A stretch of 64,000 nucleotides of DNA. It comes from Okamejei kenojei. Taxonomy: Eukaryota. The DNA lies in NCBI GenBank assembly GCA_035221665.1, contig CM069165.1, positions 15,128,001 to 15,192,000 on the forward strand. The letters run 5' to 3'. The translations under genes and the position numbers were made by a program. Under the pieces are notes generated by a model. It was not told where the DNA came from, did not search any database, and saw nothing but the letters and a program-made list of their open reading frames with translations. Position 1 is the stretch's first letter; each line of letters starts with the position of its first letter. This document shows, piece by piece, positions 43,301-55,300 of the stretch.

Positions 43301-46300
43301 ATTCTACAGATCCATAGAAGAGTTAGCAGCTAGCCATGACATTATCTTTGTGAAGCCACAATTCCTACACTTTAGAGAAAAGCAGGTTCACAATGCAAAA
43401 CATTGACAATGAAGTATGACCTCACTGAGAATGTACTGATAGTAAATGAGTGTCTTGACCGGCAAGCTTGGGAATCTGCTTATTGTTCCATACCACTATC
43501 TAATTTTATTTTAGTAATATGCCCACCATTTTCTGTTTGGCTCATGCATGGATTTTCAGAATTTCTTTCCTTTGTACCTTTACTTGATTCTAAATTACTG
43601 GCAGGGAATAAATGTTCATTTTTTTTATACAGGTGGCAGCTTAAACTGAAAAGAACATAATTTGAATCATGCAAGAAAATATATATATCACTCTTCAACA
43701 AGAAAAAGAGTAATGCTCACTGCAGAAGATAATTGAATGCATAAATCTTGTCAGTCAACAATGCTTCAAATTCGTTTCTTTTATTTTTGAAAATTATGAG
43801 CACTTCTGCACAATTTTATATTTGAAATCAACAAAGAATAGCAAAATAATACAGCAATACTTTCCAATCTGAAATAAATGAAAACTTGAATGCAAGAGTA
43901 AGATATGCAGTGTATCTATTTCTGCAGAAGGAATAAAGTAGCTTGTGTAGGTTAACCCTTATTAATCCATGCCATGTATAATCTCCACTACGTATATATG
44001 CTTACCACCCACTATATGGTATTACAATACTACACGAACAAGGTCAGCCAGCTCTCAGAAGCCACGCCGAGCTGGGTATGAATGTCTAGTTTAATGTTCT
44101 GGTTTACTTATGGAATAAAGACTAATGTTGTTGTGGATCATTCACAAACAGCTTGTTAAATCAAACTTCACATGATAGGTGTTCAATAATCTGCACAGGC
44201 AGCAGGTAAGGGGATTTGATTCCATTATATGTTATTCTGATGTGCAAGCCACTACTTGTGCTCCACACAAGCCTCTTGACAAAATCATCATACTTCAGCT
44301 CACCATAGTACAAATGGTTTTATTCCTTCAACAGAAGTGTTTCAGATTACTGAGTAGGGAGGAACTGCAGATGCTGGTTTAAACCGAAGATACACACAAA
44401 AGGCTGGAGTAGCTCAGCGGGACAGGCAACATCTCTGGAGAAAATGGTTAATGTTACGGGTCGAGACCCTTCTTCAGATTAGATTATTATTGAGTTGTCC
44501 ACTAAGCTAAGCACTCAATAATAAGACCTGTAAAAGAGTTGAAGAGTGGACAAGAAAATGATTAAACGCAGCCATAAAGAAATCACGTGAAATGTATTCA
44601 GGTATTTTTCTGTCTTATTGAGACATACTATATCCTTGGAGAGACTAAATGATGAGAGGCTGTCCAGTGGAAGAGGCTATTACTAAGGACTATTGCCTCG
44701 AGATAGAGGATGTAGTTTAGGGTCAAGTGGAGAATAAGGCAAATTCCTTGTATGTGAATACTTGGCCAATAAACTTACTTACTTACTTTATTTTTACAGT
44801 AACTGCAATTCTCCATCTCGGCTATGAATGTAATGCTTATATTCAACGCTGAGATTATTAGGTTTTTGGATATTAAATGATTCTGAGGATATGGTGATAG
44901 GGCAGGAATGTGCTTGAGGTCAAAGGTCAATTTTGATCGAACTGATTCGGGGTCTGGGCTTGAATCCTTTGTGATCTTTATCATGGAACCAAGATTTTCC
45001 AGAGAAGTTCACAAATTCAGTTCATATGAACTCCAAAACCATCAGCAGCTAAAGGTCCAATTCTTAGCTGTCGACTACTGCATGCCTATATCTTTGCATA
45101 TCTCTCAGCTGAGCACATACATGTAAAACCTTTCCTTCCTGAAAATATCTAACAAAGGTTAACTTTGTGTAGCTGGTTTTGCTGAATGTGGCCCATGCTT
45201 ACAAAATAAGTCTAAGTTTCTATTTCTGAAAGAACTAAAAACCAGACCGAACATGAATATATTTTTAAAAATCAACAGAAGAAAATGTTTGTGCTGCAAA
45301 ATAGACGCGCACGGGGAAAGAGATACTAAATAAGAACACACAGAGAGTAAACAAGTTTCCATTATCTTTACATTTCCATGCTTAGACAACTTCTCCCAGG
45401 CTTTTGCACTGAACCATGCATTCATGCAACCATGCCTGAGTAATTTACCCATAACCAAGGCCCATAATTATTTTGACAGTAAAATGCTCCATCTTTATGA
45501 ATGTACTTTTTTTAGCAGTAAAAGGTTTGAAGGTTTACTACCTCCTCATGATGTGTTGACAAATATATTATCATTGATTTAATAAACTCAATTGATTTAT
45601 TTTTGTTATCTTACATAGTTACACAAAAAATATTGTCAAATTAGATAAATAATAAATGGTCATAACAAACTTAAGATCTTCAGAAGCGGCAAGGTTTGCC
45701 ATGTTTGCAGAAATATTCTATTTCTACGGATTTCCTTCTATGCAGGCTGATGTACATTCTGGCCAATAACAGGGTTATGACAATGCTCTAAATTCGCTAA
45801 TCAAAACATACAATTAATAAAACAACTAAATAAAAACAAGCACTATAAATGTCTGATTTCATTCTCATCCAACATTTAGAAATATGGGAGTGAATTTCCT
45901 CTGGACTTGTCTTGATCTGCTGCTGCAACATTGTAGAATTTCACCCCTCTCACATTCTAATAGGAGTTACTCTTTAGCAATTTTGCTAAAGAGTATTGGG
46001 GACTAAGGCCAATATGGCATATTGTCCGTGTAATGTTGCATTCTTTAGACTAAAGATAGAGCATGGAAACAGGCCCTTCGGCCCACTGTCCACGCAACCA
46101 GCGATCACCTCATACACTAGTCACTCTACTGTAGGCCACATTTAGCCATGTAGGGTCTACAGTGCAACATCCCTGTGCATGCTGTCTTCCACAGGTCTGG
46201 CTGGTTACAACTGAGCCACTTTAGCAGTTTTCACTGAAGCTAATAATAAATTCCCCAGTGGCAATTCCCTTCCAAAAAGTGAACAGGAACTGCTACTTAA

Positions 46301-49300
46301 TAATTGCTGAAAGCAGCGGGAATTCGGTGGAACTGCTCCTCCCTGGTGTTCAGGGTGTTTCCACAAATCTCTTTACTGGGAGACGAGCTGAACACGAAAA
46401 CACTTATGCCCTTGTAATCTAACAAATGAAACATAACAAAATCATGTACTCAATGAATTATTTCAATGAATATCAATGTTATGTACATTTAAAAGTGAAA
46501 CAGCTAAGTTCTTTGATTTAAATTAAAACATCTGATATTTCTAAAATACCCACCATACGACTAGACAAAATGGCCAGGCAGGGGAAAGAGATGTGAGTTC
46601 AGTGAATCCTTTCTTTGTACTGCCTGGCAGTTTCCAAGAAACACAGGTTCAAAGTGGCCAGTTTTTCATAGCCTGTTGCTGAACTCAACCTACTTTCTCA
46701 CAGGGGATTCATTAACTACCATAAATGTACATAAAATGTTTCAACATGCTGGGATTGATTCTGCCATATTCTAGTAAACAATCTGGTATATATAATTCCA
46801 CAAACAAAAACTGCTGGAAAGCATAGCAAGTTGTTAATTTCTGAATGTTTCAGACAGTTAATGTTTCAGACAAACTATGTCAACAAAATCAAATTCTATT
46901 CATTTAATAAATTACTGTAAATAGACACAAAATGCTGTAGTAACTCAGCAGGACAGGCAGCATCTCTGGAGAGAAGGAATGGATGACGTTTCGGGTCGAG
47001 AGTTACTGTGTTTTATTCACCACAGGCATTTTCCTGTACTTTCTTCATGTCATCAATTGCCCTCTACAAAATTGAAAATTATAATATTTTTGTTTTACTT
47101 TATTTTTAATTTTAAGAATTAAATTTGAGATCCAGATAAGCTAAGCTGTTTTAGTGTCCCTCGAACATTTTGCCCACTCACAATGTTTGTTTCTCTACCA
47201 TTCAGTGCCAGGCTCACTTCATACAATATTATACTCTTATTATTGGGGGTATCAATCGTTCTTAATGGCAGTTCCAGTAGCAAAATGTGCCTCTCATATA
47301 TTATCAGTAGCCCTTTCTTAATATGAAGTTTCACCCTCTCTCACACTGTGCAAATGCCAGGGTTTGTTCGTTGTGGATACATACAATACCAGAGTCAGTC
47401 TCATTATCAACTCTTTCACTGTTTCATGTATTCACTGAATGTTATTGCAGCTCTCCCAATGGCAACAAAACTTACAGAATAATGAAAGGCATAGATAGAG
47501 TGGATGTGGAAATGATGCTTCCACTGCTGGGAGAGTCTAGGACCAGAGGTCATAGCCTCAGAATTAAATAGCACTCTTTTAGAAAGGAGGTGAGGAGGAG
47601 CTTCTTTCGACAGAGGGTAATTAACCTGAGGAACTCATTGCCACAGAGGGCTGTGAAGGCCAAGTCAGTTGATGTTTTTAAGGCAGACAAATTCTTGATT
47701 AGAATGGGTTTCAAGGGTTATGGAAAAAAGCAGGAAAATAGGATTAAAAGGCAGAGATCAGCCATGATTGAATGGCGGAGTAGACTTGTTGTGCCGAATG
47801 GCCTAATTCTACTCCTGTAAATTGTGAATGTGAATGATAGGAACGTGAGGAATGAAAAGGTGATGAACAAATCAGAGCTGACACCAATGACCAAGAAAAT
47901 GGTTCATTGCCGGCTGTGGAAAAGGTGATTATGTTGCCTACTACCTGATGTTAAATTCAATCATTCATTATTAATTTACTAACTTGGAGTTTCCAGCCTT
48001 GTTGCTTTTCTCAGTCAGTTTTTTTAAATTTGTTTATGTGAAGATCACTGGCAAGTCTACTGTCTTTATCCACATGTGCTTCTAAGGAGGAAGTGGTGGT
48101 GAAGCACTTCTGTAACAACTACATTCTTGCTGATTATGGTATTCTCCAAATGATACTGGACAGGGAATTAAAGTATTTAGATTCAGCAAAGAATAAAAGT
48201 TAGAATCATGCTTGACTTGAAGAGGAGTATAGTGGCATTCTGATGAGTTTGTGGTTCTGAACCTTTTTCCCAGTTGTCAAGAGGTTATTGGTTTGTGTGG
48301 TGCTGCCAAAGAATTGGGCCACTTTTTCCTGCTCACATAAAGAGATATACAAGATACACATTCATAGTCATGGTTCAACCATTCACTTACTGCCTTTCTC
48401 ACTTAGACAAGTGACCATCTTACTTAATGTTAGTACGAATATTTTTCATCCTGTGCTCACGGCACAGTTGCTTATTCAGTGACAGTGTCTGCATTTTCAC
48501 CATATAATTCTTATTCAGAAAGTCCATTTGAGTGAGAAACATTCACTGATTTCATATCACTATACATTCAATGTCAACAAAATCTAGTATATTGCATTCA
48601 GTGTTGTGATTCTCGTTCCTCAGGTCAATGAATTTGTCCTTGTGTAATTAGATCTCTTACCTAATAACAGCGGCAATTATTATTCCAGCATTTTTCACTC
48701 GGTACAAGTGAAACATATCCGATGCTAACATCTCACTCAGAGTCAATGTCTTTATACACGTCTTCAGTGCCACTATTTAATGCTGGTGCCTCTCAGTCAT
48801 GCCGCTCCCACTATGTTTTTTGATCTCATTCATAATGAAAAACAGCAACATATGCCTGTCTTTCATTGAGTGCCAGTCTTTTGCTAATGCCTCTCTTGTT
48901 AAATGTAGGCATCTCATTGTTCTTGTTATTCAAAGGTTCAATGTCAGTTTCTTGTCACGTGTATCAATTAAGGGACAGTGAAACTCAAATTCTATTCTAT
49001 TCTATAAAGACAAAAAATACACTTACTCTCAATGTAAAGCAATTGCTTTGTTTTATTATTGGATGAACTACTTGCATTTGCTCTTGGCATATCTTTGGAC
49101 CATGTTGTTTCTTCTAATATGGTCCCAATCTCAGTCTTCTATGGGAGTTCAGATCTCAGTTGATTAGATAAGAGATCAGCTCTCAGCTGACTGGCAAAAC
49201 ACAGCATAGTGTAGGGAATTTCTGATCATGTGGCCAAATTTGCCCCGTCAATTCCCTAAGCAGTTGGTGAAGGTCTGCCCTCAGACCTGTCAGACTTTTC

Positions 49301-52300
49301 CGGCGGTCAACAGCATCACAGGATAGTGTGAAGTTATTTTAACTTAAATAGGAACAAAGAGGTCCTTCTGCAGTTGTACAGAGCCCTAGTGAGAACACAT
49401 CTAGAGTATTGTGTGCAGTTTTGGTCCCCTAATTTGAGGAAGGACATTCTTGCTATTGAGGGAGTGCAGCGTAGGTTTACAAGGTTAATTCCTGGGATGG
49501 TGGGACTGTCATATGCTGAGAGAATGGAGCAGCTGGGCTTGTACACTCTGGAGTTTAGGAAAATGAGAGGAGATCTCATTGAAACATATAAGATTGTTAA
49601 AGGTTTGGACACGCTAGAGGCAGGAAACATTTTCCCGATGTTGAGGGAGTCCAGAACCAGGGGCTACAGTTAAAGAATAAGGAGTAAGCCATTTAGAACG
49701 GAGATGAGGAAACACTTTCTCTCACAGAGTGTTGTGAATTCTGTGGAATTCTCTGCCTCAGAGGGCGGTGGAGGCAGGTTCCCTGGATGCTTTCAAGAGA
49801 GAGCTAGATAGGGCTCTTAAAAATAGCGGAGTCAGGGGATATGGGGAGAAGGCAGGAACGAGGTACTGATTGGGAATGATCAGCCACGATCACATTGATT
49901 GGCAGTGCTGGCTCGAAGGGCCGAATGGCCTACTCCTGCACCTATTGTCTAACTTAACATAGTACTGTAATTGTATGTGTAATTGTAATTGTACGTCCCT
50001 AAGTAGCCCAGAGACTCATCAAATGCTGGGATAATAATTTGAATTCTGCAACTGAGGGGAAAATGATCCTATAGAAGAAATTAATGAAGCATTGGAAACC
50101 AAATGACAGGTGATAAGCCGTAAAAGCAATCCAAATGTTGTACTGATTAACTTATCAGTACATCAGGTAGGGAGACAAGCAGACAAAGAAGTGCCTGAGT
50201 TTATTCTCTAATTTTCAATGATTTTAGTGAGGTTACCCGCACCTGAATAGTTTTCTGCAGCCCATGCTACAAGTTTGCTTATTCAGATGTTAGATTAGGA
50301 CAAGAATGGGCTTGATTAGATGAGTGATAAAATGTGATCAAAGAGAAAAAATGCTGCCTGTCCACATCAAAAATCTGTGTGTAAATTTGATAGATGCTGC
50401 AGAGGAACAAGGCATCTGTCTACCTTCCAGCACTCCAGGTGCATCGATTTAAGCAAGGGTAGGAATTATGAGGTGGGGGGTGGTTGTTTGTAACAATGCA
50501 GGGGAAGTGCTGGAATGCTGAGCTCTGGGGGGAGCTTATTGTGCCAGTACAAGCACTCTGGGGATAAGCCTGCAGTGAATTAGAAGATTACCACTCCAGT
50601 TTAGGTGCATGTCAAAACCTGGTTGCTGACTTTCTGAACAGAGAAGGGAGTAAGCGCTGTAAATTAACTACAGGTATAACTTCAGAATATCTGTCCCGAT
50701 GTGACATATTCAGAGCCAGTTTTTCAGCCTTGGATTACCGAAACTTTTACTGCCTTGGATTAGTGGAAATTTTATTGACTTCCAGAAATTCTGGCTCTTG
50801 TGTTTTAAGTTTTGTACCAGTGCCAATGATGTTTTTCCAGAGTCAATGCTCCTCACTCATAACTGGACAATCCATCACTCTGTACCAGGAGATCACTATC
50901 AGTGCCAGTCTCCTGTGTATCCCTCATTTATGACAACCTTTCACCATATCTCAGCGGCACCAATCCAAATGCATTTCACATTCTTAACCAATTAATATTT
51001 AACTGTCCTTCATCTAGTCCTCTTTAAACCATTGGCATTTCCCACACGGACCTAGGTTTTCTTATCAGGTTTAATCTTATCACCTACCATCGTCAATCTC
51101 ATTGAGTTTTTCCTCAACCAACACCTGAAACTTGCATTAACGCAAGCTCATCTCCCAACTATTGTCAAAGTGGTTCTTCTTCATTTCAGTCTGAAGAAGG
51201 GTCTCGACCCAAAACGTCAACGTATTCCTTCCATAGATGCTGCCTCACCCGCTGAGTTTCTCCAGCATTTGTATCCACCTTCTTCATTTGCAATAGCCTT
51301 AGCATCAAATGTCATTTCTTTTCTCCTCAGAAACCGCGCCACTACACTTCAGCAATAATAGTTCTTTTTCCAAGCCAGGATTTCTAACATAAGTACCAGT
51401 ACTTAAACCGGCAAAACAAACTTGGTTAATAACGTAACGATAATGATTATGATTACATCCTTTATCCTGTGATGGCATCTCACTGCTCAGTAATTGCCCT
51501 GTAGTGATGGTCTATCCTACCATGCTGAGCGTCCCCATTGTGGTGACGTCTTACTCACTAACAATACTCCTCAAAGTACTGTGTGTGAAGGAACTGCAGA
51601 TGCTGGTTTAAACCATAGATAGAAGCAAAATGCTGGTTTAAACCATAGATAGAAGCAAAATGCTGGATTAACTCAGCGGGACAGGCAGCATCTCTGGAGA
51701 GAAGGAATGGGTGACGACCCGAAATGTCATCCATTCCTTTTCTCCAGAGGTGCTGCCTGTCCTGCTTAGTTACTCCAGCATTTTGTGAATATCTCCTCAA
51801 AGTACCATTCATCCAGTGTCACTCCCTGCATCTCTCATCCAAAAGTGGCATTTCTCACCCAGTGTAATATTTCTCATGCACTGCCAGTGTTTCTTATTTA
51901 TTCCTTGTATTATTTCGCTCACTAGTACAAGATAAAAGGCAATGAAGAATTATTGAAAGATACTTGGATTAGGCAGGAACACGGGCACTGGCTGAAATAC
52001 AGGCAGTGAGTTATACCAGCAGTGACAGAGGTACTGGCATTGAGTGAGAGGCACTGCCAGTGACTGAGATGGCTGAGAAAAATCCAACAATTGAGAAGAG
52101 ACACTAGTACTGAATGTGAAACATTTCCAGTGGAATGAAAGATACTAACTTTGGGGGTGAGAAGCACCAATGGCTGAGAGATATTATAATGAAGAATAAC
52201 ACCAGCGAGTGAGTTTCGCTTCAGTGTTGAGAGACACTGGGAGTGGATGAGAAAAATTGCCAGTGGATGAGAGATAGAAGCACTGTTATAAAAATAAAAG

Positions 52301-55300
52301 TTTAATGTAATCATAACTGACGCCCAGTTGTTGGGCCTGTGCCAGTGGATTTGTCATGTGCAAATGATCTTTCTTGTCCTGTATTTCTCAGCCATTAGCA
52401 GTGCCTCTTTTATATTGTCAGTTTCATTCACCAACATTGATTCTCACTCACTGACAGCTTCAGAGCCTCTGTCAGTGTTCCTCATTCACTCAACATTAAT
52501 GTTTCAGGTGCATGTCTCAGTTACTAGAGATGTTTCACACAGTGCCAGTACATCTCAGTCACTGGTAAAGTTTTCAGCTAGTGCCAATATCTCAATCTCT
52601 CATTTTTTTTCTTATGCACTGCCAGTAACTCTCAGAACTGGTGATATTTTTCTCACGTTGCCACAATCTCAGTCTCTGCCCATGTTTTTCCCACAGATTC
52701 AGTACCTCTCATGAATTGATAGCATTTCTCATTAAGCCACTATCGTGGCCCTGTTTATAATGCCTTTCTCAATGGTGCCCTCTCTACATTTGTTAGTGGT
52801 TCTCATCTCGTGGCAACAGCTCAGGAACTGGATCTATGCCTCACTCAGCACAAGTATCTCTGGTTATTTTGCTCTCCCACAGTCAATAACTCTTAATTTC
52901 TGGTCTTTCTTACCAGTCAGTATGTGAACTGCTTCTCTCTCAGTGCCAGAGATTCTCACCCAGTGCCAGTGTCTCTCATCCAGTGGCTGATATTCAGTCA
53001 GTGCCAGTGGTTTTCATCCAATGCCAGAGATTATCACCCTATGCTGGTGTTTCCCATCCAGTGGCAGTGATTCTTGCTCAGCGCCAGCATTCCCCACCCA
53101 GTGCCGGTACTTCCACCAGTGTCTATGCTTCCTACTCTCTGCATTTGTTTCATACCAAACACCTTGTTTTTCACCCAATCCTAAAGCTCAATCCCCAGCA
53201 CACGTGGCTCACATTCAGTGCCAGCATTTCATGCCCAGCAGCAGTGATTATTACTCAGTGCCAGTGTTTCACATCCAGTGCCAGTGTCTCACACCCCGCA
53301 CCAATGTTCCACACCCAGTTGTTGTTTCACACACAGTGCATCAAACCTGGTGTAAGTGTTTGTCTCCTGGTGCCAGTGTTTCACACCCAGCATCAGTGTT
53401 TCACACCCAGTGCCAATTGCTCAAATCTGGTGCCGGTCTCAAACCCACTAACAATGTTTCACTCCCACTATTTCACAACCAACGTGCACCTCACACCCAA
53501 TGCCAATATTTCACACCCAATTCCAGTATTTCACACCCAGTGTGCGCTTCATACCTAGTGTCAGTGTTTCATACCAAGTACCAGTGTTCCATACCCAGTG
53601 CCAGTGCTACATACCCAGCGCCAGTGTTCCATACCCAGTGCCAGTGTTCCATACCCAGTGTCAGTGGTCCATGTCCAGCGCCAGTGACCCATACTCAGCA
53701 CCAGTGTTCCATATCCAGCACCTGTGACCCATACCCAGCACCAGTGTTCCATACCCAGCACTCCATAATCAGCGCCAGTGATCCATACCCAGCGCCAGTG
53801 ACCCACACCTAGCACCAGTGTTCCATACCCAGCGCCAGTGACCAATACCCAGCGCCAGTGTTCCACACCCAGCACTCCATAACCAGCGCCAGTGATCCAT
53901 ACCCAGCACCAGTTACCCATACCCAACGCCAGTGACCCATACCCAGCACCAGTGTTTTATACCAAGTACCAGTGTTTCGTACCCAGCGCCAGTGATCCAT
54001 ACCAAGCGCCAGTGTTTTATACCCAGCGCCAGTGTTCCATACCAAGTGCCAGTGGTACATACCCCGCGGCAGTGTTCCATATCCAGCACCAGTGGTACAG
54101 TGGTACCGCGTCAGTGTTTTAAACCCAGCACCAGCGGTGCATACCCAGCGCCAGCGTTTTATACCCAGCGCCAGATATTCATACCCAGCGCCAGTGTCCC
54201 ATACCCAGTGCCAGAGATCCGCACCCAGTGCATGTTTTATACCCAGTGCCAGTGATCCACACCCAGCGCCAGTGGAACGTACCCAGCGACAGAGATCCAT
54301 ACCCAGCGCCAGAGATCCACACCGAATGCCAGTGTTTTATACCCAGTGCCAGTGATTCGCCCCAGCGCCAGTGGTACATACCCAGCGCCAGTGATCCATA
54401 CCCAGTGTCAGTGTTTCACACCCCGTGCCCGTGGTACATACCCAGCGCCAGTGTTTTATGCCAACGCCAGTGATCCGTACCCAGTGCCAGTGTTTTATAG
54501 CCCGTGCCAGTGGTACATACACAGCACCAGTGTTTTATGCCCCATGCCAGTGATCCATACCCAGTGCCAGAGATCCATACCCATCGCCAGTGGTACATAC
54601 CCAGCGCCTGTGTTTTATACCCAGCGCCAGTGGTACATACCCAGTGCGGCGCGAAGAGCCAATTGCTGCCCTCACCCCGTTCAACGGCCAACGGCCGCTC
54701 CGCGAGTCATCCGCGCGCGTGCGCCCAGGGGCTGAGTCGGCCGCCGGCGCGTGGAGCGGCAGTTGGCCGTTGGCCGGGGGGGGGGCGCGTGGAGCGGACG
54801 TTGGCCGTTGAGGTGGGGGGCGCGTGGATCGGACGTTGGCCGTTGGCCGTGGGGGGGGGCGCGTGGAGCGGACGTTGGCCGTTGGTCATTGAGCGGGGGG
54901 GGGGACGCGTGGAGCGGACGTTGGCCGTTGGTCGTTGGTCGTTGAGGGGGGGGGCGCGTGGAGCGGACGTTGGCCGTTGGTCGTTGACCGGGGGGGGCGC
55001 GTGGAGCGGACGTTGGCCGTTGGTCGTTGAGGGGGGGGGGGGGCGCGTGGAGCGGACGTTGGCCGTTGAGCGGGGGGGGGGGCGCGTGGAGCGGACGTTG
55101 AGCGGGGTGGGGGCGCGTGGAGTGGACGTTGGCCGTTGGCCGTTGAGCGGGGGGGGGGGCGCGTGGAGCGGACGTTGAGCGGGGTGGGGGCGCGTGGAGT
55201 GGACGTTGGCCGTTGGCCGTTGAGCGGGGGGGGGGGGCGCGTGGAGCGGACGTTGAGCGGGGGGGCACAGCAGCAGTTGGCGCGGGGAGCAGCCGCCGGG

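Noticed and set aside
43975-44171. Possible solo LTR (TGT...AATAAA...ACA)
   Set aside because: No TSD or second copy is visible; evidence is too weak.
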